From positions 12,031,282-12,095,281 of the forward strand of contig NC_057749.1 of the NCBI RefSeq assembly GCF_004010195.1: DNA of 64,000 nucleotides, in the 5' to 3' direction. The position numbers and the translations under genes are program-made. Under the pieces are notes generated by a model. It had not been told where the DNA came from. It searched no databases and saw only the letters and a program-made list of their open reading frames with translations. Shown here piece by piece: positions 25,786 to 38,769 of this stretch; the first letter of the stretch is position 1; each line of letters opens with the position of its first letter. The DNA is from Chiloscyllium plagiosum. Taxonomy: Eukaryota.

Positions 25786-27179
25786 GATTCTCCTGCTCCT
25801 TGGATGCTGCCTGACCTGCTGCGCTTTTTCAGCTCTGATCTCCAGCCTCTGCAGTCCTTACTTTCTCCTGAGAAATGCTCGGGTCAAGAATATTGGACAG
25901 TGCTCTTTTGTTTCATGAATCATACACCTTTATAGCTTTATCTTAGGTGTTCTATAATCAAACTATTACTCATTTCCAAATAGAAATAATGGAACTTTTT
26001 ATTGACCATAACACTAGGTTTTATCTTGAAGTAAAAATGAGTTCAAAATGATTTAAATGTGGTCATTATTTGAAAAAAGTGACAACTTATTTTGTTTGTT
26101 GACCAATCATTGAGAAAAATAAAATTGATGAGTGATTCTTTTACATAATGAAAACAAAGAGTCTGGCATTTGCACAAACAAAAATCTGCAACTTTCCTTC
26201 GAGCTCTCCTGTTCAATGTTGAACTGTTTCACCTTGTCATTAATTTCATACTAATTACATGTATTTGGAAAGGAATCAATACAGAGTGGGTGAATCAGGT
26301 GATGAAATAGACTCAGTGGAGCTGCCAAGCTGCTCAGATTTTTAAAAAAATGTTTAGTGCATATGAGGGACACGAAGAACCTAACTCCAATTTGCAAATC
26401 AGAAGCTGCGATACTGCAATAATAGAAGAGGTTTCAAGTAATCAATATTTGAACACCAAAGAATCTCAGTATTGTAAGCCATCCATTTCATTGCTTTAAC
26501 CTAATTGCTGTACTCCAATTTCTCCATTTGCAGCTTCATTCCTGATTTGTCTATCTTTACATCTACCAAAAGCCTGATGTCTGGTGTTAAGCCACCCCAG
26601 TTGTATTCTGCTTTGGACTGTGTGCATGGTGTGGAGGAGTGTAATGGTCATTCAGCGCTCCACGCTCATGTTCTGGGTATTTAGGTTCAAATCCCATCAT
26701 GGCAGAATGTGAAATTTGAACTTAATAAAATTGAGAATTAAAATCTTGCTTAATGGTGGTCATGGGGTGAATCATACTAAAAATTGGCAAAGTGAGGGCT
26801 TCTCTCTACAAAGCTGAATAAGTTTTCTCATGCTTTTATCCCAAATTTGTTTCATTGACTGGATACTATGCCTCAATGCCATCTCTCACATTCTATACTA
26901 ACCAAATTCTCCAACTCAGATTGGATTAGCCACAGGAAATGAAAGGTTATAGGGAAAGAGTGGGTCTGGGTAGGAAGCTCTTTGGAGAGTCAGTGTGGTT
27001 GCAATGCATTGGTGAATAGTGAATACATTAGACTAGATTTGGGGAAGTATAGGTAGATTGCTACTTTACCTGGAAGGTGTGTCTGGGGCTTTGGATACTG
27101 AGGAGAGAGTAGGCAAACAAGCATTAACAATCTTACAGTCAACGAATAATCACTGTACGCAGCTCTTATTTACTGAAAA

Positions 27180-27960
27180 TGAGTGCTGTATAAGTCCTGT
27201 CTGGCTTGCAACATCTGATGCTACTGTGCTCGAGCATGTCAAAAGGTGATAAAGCTCCTGCTCAATATCCTCAGCCTGCTGATGTCCCAGCTCTTCAGTC
27301 TCCATCACATCTTCGCTTGTGCGGAGGATAACACTGCAGCACACTTTGTCCAGAGTGATCCAAACAAACATCAAAACCGAGGTCTTCAAGAGGGCTATTG
27401 TCTGCTCCACCATGATCCTTGTCAAAGAACAGGCTTCATTGTATCCACACTCCATCTTAGTGTGGGGTTAGGTAATGGAGTCACCAGTCATGATCACAGA
27501 AGGTAGCCCTTGCACCCTGGTAACTACTGTTTCAAACAGCTGGACCCTTAAAAACAATAGGAGTGCTCAAGGCTACAGGGATGATTGCAACTTCCAGGAC
27601 ACTAGATGTATACTTGCTAGAATTGGCACCAATGATCACAAATCATTTGCATATTGATGAACTCACCTGCATGATGGAATAGTCTTCTTAACACAATATC
27701 CACCAGTCTAAAGCATCCTCCACCTGGGCCAAGGCAGCAATGTTGCCAATTCCTACTGTCTGGGCTGCAGCACTGACCTTGTCATCACTGACTCTGCCCA
27801 TTCTGTACATGGTCGAGCCATTTTCCAGTCAGAGGCCACATTTAGTCGAGAGATCACATGAGACAAAGTTCATGGTCATTAGGTCCCCCTCCTGAACCCC
27901 CCTGGGCAGCAACTAAAACTGATCTCCCACATTTTGCTCTTGGAGGTGCAACTGCAACTT
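27180..27960 (-). mobile_element. PIF/Harbinger transposase relic
   Basis: Minus-strand remnants INMQMICDH, PGSCN, KGYLL*S*LVTPLPNP and ECGYNEACSLTRIMVEQTIALLK match the Harbinger DDE motifs (GDKGY, YN..H..TR..IE..IG.LK). Contains stops and frameshifts. Confidence 0.75.
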
Positions 27961-28459
27961 TCATCCTTAACTCCCTGAGCCTGTCACTATTGCAACGCAT
28001 ATTCTGTCCCCCATTCCCCACCCATTGAGGTCACTATGGTGACGACCACCAATAACCCCACATTCTGCATTCTATGTCTTTGCATGCACTACCAGCTCCA
28101 TCCTCAATATGAGCAACTCTTATATTTCACCATCCGTGACCCCTCAACAGCACAGCTGCTGACTTATTCCAGTGTTGAGTTTCCCACTGCACAGCCTGCC
28201 AGACTGACGATAGCCTACTACCCAGACTGTAGCAAGATGGAGCGCTGACCGCACCCAAACACCTGCACCATGAGCAGACTCTGCCTTTGACTGACTGCAC
28301 TAGGACCCACTGACTGATGACAGCTCTCTCTGACTTGGAGGTCTACTCCTCTTAGCTTCTTGAAACACGGTCAGTTGATTGATGCATATGCAATATTCTT
28401 GCTTATACAGGTTGCAGGCAACAACTGTAGGCTTTAGATTGACATAGAAAGTGGCATAT

Positions 28460-28590
28460 CTTTGAGGAGAAAGTGAGGTCTGCAGATGCTGGAGATCAGA
28501 GCTGAAAATGTATAGCTGGAAAAGCGCAGCAGGTCAGGCAGCATCCAGGGAACAGGAGAATCGACGTTTCGGGCATAAGCCCTTCTTCAG
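28460..28590 (-). mobile_element. 131-bp PLE-terminal element carrying an intact hammerhead motif
   Basis: 13-bp TSD gaaagtggcatat (28447-28459, 28591-28603). Matches the PLE 3' end. Confidence 0.88.
28563..28590 (-). ncRNA. Minimal hammerhead ribozyme motif (family A)
   Basis: CTGAAGA-A-GGGC-TTAT-GCCC-GAA-ACGT-C on the minus strand. Confidence 0.78.
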
Positions 28591-29147
28591 GAAAGTGGCA
28601 TATACAATCATGACAAGTTGCCAGCTTTATGGGCAAGGCAAGGTAAGGCAATAAAGAAGTACTTTGGGTCTTTAAGGACTGGCTAGTGGACAAAACATAT
28701 GTAGGCAAGGATGATGTCAGCATCCAGGAAGATGTAAAGTGAGTCTGTGCTAAGATAGTGAGTGAACAGCCCAACCCCAGTTATCCAAAAACTGGAACCC
28801 CTCCCTCCTGCACCATCCCTGAAGTGAGTGAACAGCCCTGAGATGCAGCCTGGTTCAATCCTTGAGCTTGGTACCCTGTCCTGCACATAAAATATTCTTG
28901 CAGCGGCATTGCAACAAAAGCATTGCCAACGTGAACCAAAGTGCAGAAGTTTAGTATAAGTAGATTGAAGATACACCATGTTTTTGCAGTGAGGCTGGTA
29001 TGTTTTGGGTGTCAATGTATATGGACATGAGGCTCATGTGGGCAATGACCATGGAATGTGCCATGAGATGTTGGTTACTGCTGTTCAAGATGGAAGTCCA
29101 AAAGAACAAAGAGCGAGGTAAAGTTGCGAGATACCCACTCAGATATA

Positions 29148-31295
29148 CATAGAATATAAAACATAGGAAAGTGCAACACAGAACAGGCCCTTTGGCCCAC
29201 GATGTTGTGCCGAGGATTAATCCTAATGTAAAATAAAATAACTTAACCTACGCACCCCTCAATTCACTGCTATCCATGTGCATGTCCAGCAGTCGCTTAA
29301 ATGTCCCTAATGACTCTGCTTCCACCACCCCCGCTGGCAACACATTCCATGCATTCACAACTCTCTGCGTAAAGAACCTTCCTTTGACGTTCCCTCTCAA
29401 CCTTTCGCCTAATATCTTAAAACTATGACCCCTTGTGCCAGTCAATCCTGCCCTGGGGAAAAGTCTCTGGCTATTGACTCTATCCACGCCTCTCATTATC
29501 TTATATACCTCGATCAGTTCACCTCCATTCCTCCTCCTCTCCAGAAAAGAAAGTCCGAGCTTAGTCAACCTCTCCTAATAAGGCAAGCCTTTCTATCCAC
29601 GCCTCTCATTATCTTATATACCTCGATCAGGTCACCTCCATTCCTCCTCCTCTCCAGAAAAGAAAGTCCGAGCTTAGTCAACCTCTCCTAATAAGACAAG
29701 CCTTCCAGTCCGGGCAGCATCCTGGTAAATCTTCTTCGCACCCTCTCCACAGCCTCTGTATCTTTCCTATAGTAGGACGACCAGAAGTGGACACAATATT
29801 CCAAGTGTGGTCTCACCAGGGACTTGCAGAGCTGCAGCAAAACCTTGCGGCTCTTAAACTCGATCCCCTTGTTAATGAAAGCCAAACACCATATGCTTTC
29901 TTAACAACCCTATCCATTTGGGTAGCAACTTTGAGGGATCATGTACTCGAACGCCAAGATCCCTCTGTTCCTCCACACTGCCAAAACTCCTGTCTTTAAT
30001 CCTATATTCAGCATTCGAGTTCGACCTTCCAAAATGCATCACTTCGCATTTATCCAGTTTGAACTCCATCTGCCATTTCTCAGCCCAGCTCTGCATCCTG
30101 TCTATGTCCTGCTGCAACCTGCAATAGCCTTCGATACTATCAATGGCACCTCCAACCTTTGTGTCATCGCAAATTTACTAACTCACTCCTCAACCTCCTC
30201 ATCCAAGTCATTTATAAAAACTACAAACAGCAGAGGCCCAAAAACACAGCCCTGCGAGACACCACTCAACACTGACCTCCAGGCAGAATATTTCCACCTA
30301 CAACCACTCTCTGCCTTCTGTCAGCCAACCAATTCTGAATCCAGATAGCCAAATCTCCCTGTTTCCCATACTTCCTGACTTTATGAATGAGCCTACCATG
30401 GGGAACTTTATCAAATGCCTTGCTGAAGTCCACATACACCACATCCACTTCTTGACCTGTCTTTTCACCTCCTCAAAGAGTTCAGTCAGATTTGTGAGGC
30501 ATGACCTGCCCCTCTCAAAGTAATGTTGACTGCCTTTAATCACACTATGCTTTTCCAAATAGTCATAAATCCTATCTCTCAGAATTCTTTCCAAAACGTT
30601 GCTGACCACAGACGTAAAACTGACTGGTCTGTAATTGCCAAGGATTTCCCTATGACCCTTCTTGAAAGAGGAACAACATTCGCCTTCTTCCAATCCTCTG
30701 GTACAACTCCCGTTGAGAGTGAGGAGGCAAATATCCTCACCAGCGGATTATCAACGTCCTTTCTCACTTCCCGGAGCAGCCTAGGATAAATCTGGTCTGG
30801 CCCTGAGGACTTGTGAACCTTAAAGTTCGCCGAAATTTCCAGCACATCAACTTCATCAATCTTGATCTGGTTAAGCCTGTATTCTAGCTCCTCAATGTTC
30901 TCATTCACAACAAGGTCCCTTTCCTTAGTGAAAAACCGAAGCAAAAAACTCATTTAGGGCTTCCCCTATTTGCTCAGTCTCCACGCGCACATTCCCTACA
31001 CTATCCCTGATCATTCTCTTATTCTTCATGTATAAGCAAAATGCCATTGGGTTCTCCCTAATCATTCTTGCCAAGCCTTTTCTTGTGCCCCCTCCTGGTG
31101 CTCCTCAGTCCATTCCTGAGCTCCTTTCCAGCAAGCTTGTAATCTTCTAAAGCTGTGCCAGATCCTTGCTTCCTCCACCTTAGATAAGCTGCCTTCTTCC
31201 TTTAGACGAGAAGCTCCTCTGTTCTCGTCATCCAAGGTTCGTTAATCTTACCCCTTACCTGTCTCAGAGGAACAAATTTGTGCATCACATGTTTG
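29148..31295 (-). mobile_element. CR1 LINE ORF2 (RT and C-terminus), decayed, with a 113-bp internal tandem duplication
   Basis: KSSGPDQIYPRLLRE, NYRPVSFTSVV, DFSKAFDKVPH, LVRPHLEYCVHFWS and TRGHSFK. Confidence 0.92.
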
Positions 31296-33145
31296 AAATT
31301 ATCAGCATTCAATTTCTTTTTTTTCTTGGTCCTCTTATTTATTTGACAAAAGTCTAACAAAAAGCCAGGATATGCACAAAACATTTCCTGTCTTCGTGTT
31401 ATTTTGTACTTCCAGGATCACAAAGTTTGATCATTGCAACACAGTCAATTATTTGCAATTCCTTCACTATTACAGCATAAATACTTTGAAACAGAAAAGC
31501 ATTTTGCAAAGGATTTAGTCCAGTGGGTTGAGCATTCAGTTTCTATCAAGTTGATGCAGAACGGGAGCTTGAATCTTAATAGAGTGGGATTAGGTAGTAA
31601 TGATGGTCATAAAGAGCAATAATCCATGGTAAAAGGGCTTTCACTGCTCACAAGTGAAAATCTTGTTTTGATGTCTGGAGCTTAGCAAGAGATGCAATCT
31701 TTTGACTCACTATCAAGAAAAGACTTCCTGCACATTTCTCCCAATTCCCCAACATATATCTTTCCATAGCCCACACCATTCAGATCTGAGAAGATTCCAC
31801 ATTATGTAATGACTATCATAAAATCCTATTAGATACACTAATATCCTTTAGCCGTAACCATTTAGGGAAGAACATCTGCCTTCCTTCTTGGCTTGGTCTA
31901 CATGTGACTCCAGAACCACAGCTATGTGGTCAACAGTCCTCTGCAATGCCTGATCAGTTCTAGGACAATTAAGCATTGTTAGCAATACCCCCATCCCATG
32001 AAATAACAAAAGAAAAGGCTATTTGTGCCACATTTCACATCATATTCCTCTTTCTAGAGTTAATCTTATTACCCTGATTCAGAACAATTGGGCAATTGAG
32101 ATAATTGAATATTTTATTCACTGTATCGCAATATCCAGAATTACAGAGTTTGCTCTTGTCTGGCTTGCTATCCCTGTGTTGTAACACTACCAAACATCTG
32201 TGGTTTTACAGAAATCTCTGTGATTCATAAAATAAATATTAGAACTGCTTTAATTTACTATGTGACAATTATTATTGCAAAATTCAAGTTATGAACAAAA
32301 GGAGGTGTACTGGAAGTTAAGGAGGGAGTGAGTAAAGGCTAACTGCATTGTGTGCTTACTTTCTGGTATCAAACCCAGCAATTGTCATCATGTAGTAAGG
32401 TTTCACTTATTGTATTCTAAGTTGCCAAGAGATTTAGTAAGGTGACCAGTTCACTGCCCTCAACATTAATGAACCTGTTTAAAATTATAACAACCTGTTA
32501 ATTTTGGCCATTTGTTCCTGAGGCAGCCTTTAAATTAGCAGGTTATTAAATTACATTTGACTGCTTGACAGCAAAAGTGGTTTCTAATCTATGGCAAAAA
32601 ACTTGAACTGCTTTAAGAGGCCATCTGTTGGCAGTGGATTTGTCCTTACCTCTGGACTGAAAGACCCAGTTTCAAGTCCCAACTGCACTAGAGGTATGTA
32701 GTAACATCTTTAAACAGGTTAATTAGAAAACAAAAATCCACATTAGGGTTGAATTGCTATAAATGCCGGATTTGTAGGATTGCATTAAAATGGTAATAAA
32801 GGGAGAAGGAGAAACAAAATATCAGTGATATAAGATAGTCTTTGGAGCTTTTTTTGAAATTAAAAGAGCATCTCTCATTTCCAGCTTGAAAAGTAGATAT
32901 TGAATTTGAGCAAGGGATGAGGAGTAAATCAGGGGGGTGGGTGGGAGTGTAGGGGGAAGCATAAGTTGCATGCTGCAAAGTAACAGCTAGATTACTAAGC
33001 TATAGTGGGTTGAAGCTATGGACACTAAATTATTTGCTAGAGGATAAGGACCCACTGGAGCTAGGCAAAGACAAAATGGCATGGGTTGGCTCTTTCTGAA
33101 TATTTGTGGAGCAAAGTGAGGAATGACTGATAAGGATTCTGGTGA

Positions 33146-33347
33146 GCTGAAAATGTGTTGGAAAAACACAGCAGGTCAGGCAGCATCCAAGGAGCAGGAG
33201 AATCGACGTTTCGGGCATGAGCCCTTCTTCAGGAATCCCCAAAACGTTGATTCTCCTGCTCCTTGGATGCTGCCTGACCTGCTGCGCTTTTCCAGCAACA
33301 CATTTTCAGCTCTGATCTTCAGCATCTGCAGTCCTCACTTTCTCCTC
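33146..33347. mobile_element. Fold-back PLE-terminal element (family A) with hammerhead
   Basis: Perfect 14-bp TSD aaggattctggtga (33132-33145, 33348-33361). Inverted arms meet at about 33237. Confidence 0.9.
33205..33232 (-). ncRNA. Minimal hammerhead ribozyme motif (family A)
   Basis: CTGAAGA-A-GGGC-TCAT-GCCC-GAA-ACGT-C on the minus strand. Confidence 0.78.
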
Positions 33348-35404
33348 AAGGATTCTGGTGAACCTTTTCCTTCCTATTGGCAGCATATAAAAGGGAGGCA
33401 AACTCTTGTGGGAGCAGCCATTTTCGAGAGGGGTTGTGAGATTGAAATGTTGCTGTTGGAGCCAAAATGCAGGCTTTGGTAAGCATTGGGCTTTGCCGTG
33501 GAAGGTGAGGAGCATTAAGGTATGCTAAAGTAAGGTCTGTCTTTTTCTTTCAATCTGCTAGATACTAGAGTACTGATTGTAGTTAGTGTACTGGTAGGCT
33601 CCTCCTTAGAGATGTGGGAGATCAGGGAGAAATTAAATGTCCTTGACAACTATATTTGCAAGAGGTGTCTATGCAGCTCCTCTCAGGCTGCATGGATCGG
33701 TTGGAGCTGCAGTCAGACTAACTAAAGAGCATACAGGAGGCAGAAAGTTTTAGAGATATGAGTTTCAGGGATGTGGTCACACCAAAAGTTCAGACATATG
33801 GGTGACTGCCAGGAGGGGCAGGCAGTGCAGTATACCACTTTGGATACATTTTGGCAAGGCAGGAATGCAGATGTAGAATGGCCTCAGGAGAAAGCAGCCA
33901 GATCACTGGCGTCACTACAGGCTCTGTTGTACAGCAGGGAGGCTGGAAGAGTAGGTGAGCAGTAGTGACAAATAGGTGTTTCTGTGACTACAAGCTAGAC
34001 TCCAAACTGATACGTTGCTTCTCTGGAGCCAGGTCAAGGTGATGCGATTGGTCACAGGATGAAAGGGCAGGGTGAGCAGCTGAAGTTCATGGTCCATGTT
34101 GGTTCTAACATAGGCAGGAAGGGAGATCAGGTCCTGCAAAGGGAATTTAGGGAGTTAAGGAATAAGTTGAAAAGCTGATCCTCGATTGTTGTAATCTCAG
34201 GATTAGTCTCTGCGCCATATGCTAGTGATGCCAGAAATAAGATAACGTAGTTGAATGTGTGGCCAAAGACTTGGGAGTAGGAGGGAGGGCTTCAGATATC
34301 TGGATAACTAGGATCCATCTAGGGCAGGAGGGCCCTTTACAAGAAGGATGGTTTGCACTTAAAATGAAAAGCCACCAATATCCTTATAGGGAGGTAAGGC
34401 AGATGAGTTTAGAGCCTGGATTAGTACATGGGATTACAATATTGTAGCCATGACAAAAACTTAGTTGAAAGAAGGGACTGGCAGCACAATGATCCAGTGT
34501 TTAGGTGTTTCAGACTTGATGGAGAGGGCTGTAAAAGGAGGGGAGGAAATAGTTGCATTCCTGATTAAAGAGGATGTCACAACTGTACTAAGTGGACATT
34601 TGGAGAGCTCATTCAGCAAGGTCATACGGTTAGAACTTGGGGACAAGAAAGGTGCAATTATTATGATGGGGTTATGCTGCAGGCCTCTCAATAGTCAGGA
34701 GGAGATAGAGGAGCAGACACATAGGCAAATCATGTAAAAACAACAGGATTGTTGTAGTGGATGATTTTAATTTAGCCAGTATTGACTGGGACACTGGAGA
34801 AATTAAATCGGAGGCAGCTGTTTCAGGGTAAATCCACATTTGCTATATAGGAATCTGATCAACTAGTCTTTAAGAGTTCAGGACCAGCATGTTCCTGTGA
34901 GGATGAAAGATAAGGATGGCAAGATTCAGGAGCTCTGAATAACAAGCGATATTGAAAGATTTTTCAAAAAGGAAACATATAATGCTTAGTAAATTGAAAT
35001 CAGACAAGATCCTTGAAGAATATAGAGGAAACAGGAAAGAACTTAAACAAGGAATTAGGATGGGTAAAAGGGACCATGAGATATTCTTGGCAAACTGAGA
35101 TAAGTAAAATCCCAAAGCATTTCATAGGTATATAAGGAATAAGAGGGTAAAAAGGGAAGAGGTTGGTCCACTCAAGGACAGAGGAGAGAATTTATGCATG
35201 GAGCCAGAGGCAGTGGTTGAGGTCCTTAATGGTTACTTTGTTAGTATTCATTGAGGAGCAGGACATGGATGATGGTTAGATTTGGGTGGGGTATGTTGAT
35301 ATTAAGGTGGTGGTGTTAGGTGTTTTGAAAATATTATGGTAAATAAATCCTCAGGGTCTGATGGTATTCATCTCAGGATACTGAAGGCGGCAAGGAAGGA
35401 GATT

Positions 35405-36640
35405 ACATAGAACATAGAACAATACAGTGCAGAACAGGCCCTTCGGCCCTTGATATTGCACCGATCTATGAACTAATCCAAGCCCATCACCTGACACTAT
35501 TCCACCATCATCCATATGCTTATCCAAGGACATTTTAAATGCCTCTAATGTGGCTGAGTTGACTACATTGGAATGCCCTGCCTGCCACGCCCTACCACTC
35601 TCTGTCTAAAGAACCTGCCTCTGACATCTGTCTTAAATCTATTGCCCCTCAATTTACAGCTATGCCCCCTCGAACAAGCAGATGTCATCATCCTCGGAAA
35701 AAGACTCTCACTGTCCACCCTATCTAATCCTCTAATCATCTTGTATATCTCTTATTAAATCCCCTCTTAGCCTTCTTCTCTCCAATGAGAATTGACCCAA
35801 GTCTCTCAGCCTTTCCTCATAGACCAGGCAACACCCTGGTAAATCTCCTCTGCATCTTTTCCCGATGCTTCCACATCCTTCCTGCAATAGGGTGACCAGA
35901 ACTCTACACAATATTCCAACTGAGGCCTCATTAGTATTTTGTACAGTTGCAGCATGACATTAAAGCAAAGGCTTTACTGAAGTCCATGTACTCCACGTTA
36001 ATTGCTCTACCCTCATCCACATGCTTGGTCACCTTCTCAAAAAACTCAATGAGGTTTGTGAGACACGACCAGCCCTTGACGAATCCATGTTGACAATCTC
36101 CAATCAAATTGCTCTTCTTAACTCTCTCTTTAAATCCTTCCTAGCTACTCTAACTCTCCATCGTCTCATCTGAACCATCTCGCTTCAATGTCACATAAGC
36201 CTCCCTCTTCTCCTTAACAAGAGATACAATTTCTTTAATAAACCATGATTCCCTTACCTTATCACTTCCTCCGTGCCCGACAGGGACAAACCTATATCAA
36301 AGTCACACAATATTTGTTCCTTAAACCAGCTCCACATTTCGATTGTCCCCACCCCCTGCATTTTGCTGCCCCATTCTATTCCTCCTAAGTCTTGCCTAAT
36401 CACATTATAATTGCCCTTCCCCCATCTATAACTATTGCCCTGTGGCATGTGCCTATTCCTTTCCAGCACCTAAACTAAATGTAACTGAATTATGGTCACT
36501 CTCTCCAAAGTGCTCATCTATCACTAAATCAAACACTTGGCCTGGGTCATTGCCAAGTACCAGATCCAGTGTGGCCTCCCCTCTTGTCGGCTCTTCGGCA
36601 TAGTGAGGTCTTGACAGATCTTTGTATCTTCTGTAGCTAC
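35405..36640 (-). mobile_element. CR1 LINE, internally deleted, nested
   Basis: (catagaa)n tail. PTRGEATLDLVLGNDPGQV..ESDHNSV and SYRWGKGNYN remnants. Confidence 0.88.
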
Positions 36641-37552
36641 AAGCAAGGTCTGAGAAGATGAGAATGGACAATGTTTAAAGGAAGGCAAAAGGGATAAGCC
36701 AAGAAATTATAGGCTGGTCAGCCTTACATCAGTGGTAGACAAATTATTGGAGAAGCCAGGATTAACATGTGTTTGGAAAAGAATGAACTTATTATGGATA
36801 GTCAGCATAGCTTTGTTTTGTGTTGTTACATAGACTTTACTAAAGCATCTGACAAAGTCTGTCATGATAGGCTGGTCCAGAAGATTTTCACATGGGATCC
36901 ACAGTGAATTGGTAAGTTGGATACAAAATTGTCTTGGTTGAAGAGGATAATTATGGAGGGTTTCTGACTGGAGGTCTGTGATCGGCGGTGTTCCTCAAGG
37001 ACCTCTGTTTTATATATATAATAAATGATTTGGATGAAAAGATAGGTGGTCTGATTACCAAATTTGCAAACAATAGGAGAATTGAAGTTATGGATAATGA
37101 GGAATGTTGTCAAAAGATACAGCGGGATAGATCATTTGGAAAGTTGGGCAGAGAAATGGCAGATGGAGTGAAGTGTGAAGCTTTGCATTTTGGGAAGTCA
37201 AAAGCAAAAGGAGAGGAAAGTATACAGGAAATGGCAGGACTCTCCTGAGCACTTATATACAAAGGGATCTTGGGGTTCAAGTCCATAGCTCACAAAGTGT
37301 CACAAACTGGATAAGGTCAGAAAGAAAATATATGGCATGCTTGCCTTCATCAGTTGAGGCACTGAATATAGAAATTGGCAAGCCATGTTGCAGCTTAACA
37401 AAACTTTAGTTAAGCCATATTTGGAGTAATGTGTGCAGTTATGGTTGCCATACTACCAGAAGAATGTGGAAGATTTGGATAGGGGGGGAAAAGAGGTTTA
37501 CCAGGATGTTGCCTGGACTGGAGTATATTAGGTATAGGGAGAGGTTAGACTC

Positions 37553-38105
37553 TGATGATGCTAGAGCTTTAACAGGTGAATTGTGTCCTCATCTTATTTC
37601 TATTGAGATGCAAGTGATGAGCAGTCTGCTCAAGCCAATAAACAGCTTGCGATGCCTTCTGTTTCATTTTAGAAGTTGGAAAAATAGAAGCAGCCTGAGT
37701 GGGTGGGATCAAGCTCCCACTGAACCAGGATTTTTAGTTTTTGGTAGCAATTACTGCTGGAGTCTTGAAGCTGGATGTTGAGGCTGTTTTTCCTCTTACA
37801 GCTCAAAGTGGGATTCTCTTCCTGCTGCTAGAATTGCATAAGAGACAATCTATTTTACTATATAGGGGATGTTACTATACTGGAAAAGTTACCATTTGGT
37901 AGGTAAATCTATTATTGTTAGGTTTTCTAACAGAATTCCTTTTTCTAATTCCTTTTATTATTTTAGCTATAATCTGAGAATACAGTGCACTTTACTTCAA
38001 GACTGGTAGTTTGACCAACGCCTGGCACTTGCTTATAAAAGAAGGAAAAAAGTTAGGATCTAGGCTAGCTTCCTAATATATTTTGAGGGGGTCTGGTCCA
38101 TAATA
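37553..38105. mobile_element. LTR-like insertion in CR1
   Basis: Starts tgatgatg, ends gtccataata. Interrupts CR1 coding sequence. Related to 7375-7907. Confidence 0.55.
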
Positions 38106-38156
38106 TGGACTAACTTGAAATATTTTTGCTCGTGTTGGAAGCTGAGGGGCAACCTG

Positions 38157-38769
38157 ATAGAACATAGAACATAGAACATAGAACAATACAGCACAGAACA
38201 GGCCCTTCGGCCCACGATGTTGTGCCGAACTTCTAACCTAGATTAAGTACCCATCCATGTACCTATCCAAATGCCGCTTAAAGGTCGCCAATGATTCCGA
38301 CTCTACCACTCCCACGGGCAGCGCATTCCATGCCCCCACCACTCTCTGGGTAAAGAACCCACCCCTGACATCTCCCCTATACCTTCCACCCTTCACCTTA
38401 AATTTATGTCCCCTTGTAACACTCTGTTATACCCGGGGAAAAAGTTTCTGACTGTCTACTCTATCTATTCCTCTGATCATCTTATAAACCCCTATCAAGT
38501 CACCCCTCATCCTTCGCCGTTCCAACGAGAAAAGGCCGAGAACTCTCAACCTATCCTCGTACGACTTCCTCTCCATTCCAGGCAACATCCTGGTAAATCT
38601 TCTCTGCACCCTCTCCAAAGCTTCCACATCTTTCCTAAAGTGAGGCGACCAGAACTCCACACAGTACTCCAAATGTGGCCTAACCAAAATTCTGTTGAGT
38701 TGCAACATCACTTCATGACTCTTGAATTCAATCCCTCGGCTAATGAACGCTAATACACCATAGGCCTTC
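38157..38769 (-). mobile_element. Young CR1 3' end
   Basis: (catagaa)n tail. Open frame KAYGVLAFISRGIEFKSHEVMLQL..RPHLEYCVEFWSPHFRKD..LFPRV. Confidence 0.92.

Larger units (their letters stand above)
24093..25867 (+). mobile_element. Penelope-like element (Neptune type): RT + GIY-YIG endonuclease + terminal repeat with hammerhead; spans two N gaps
   Basis: FYLLPKIHKPDCPSRPI, YYKPTD, PYSQFLRLRRICS, HIIYCIRCTGCGLLYVGETG..FREH, HPVAQHF. TSD ctgagaa(g/a)tgctc at 24080-24092 and 25868-25880. Frameshift near 25020. Confidence 0.93.

Noticed and set aside
27150..27455. Domesticated HARBI1 gene
   Set aside because: In-frame stops and frameshifts fall within the catalytic motifs.
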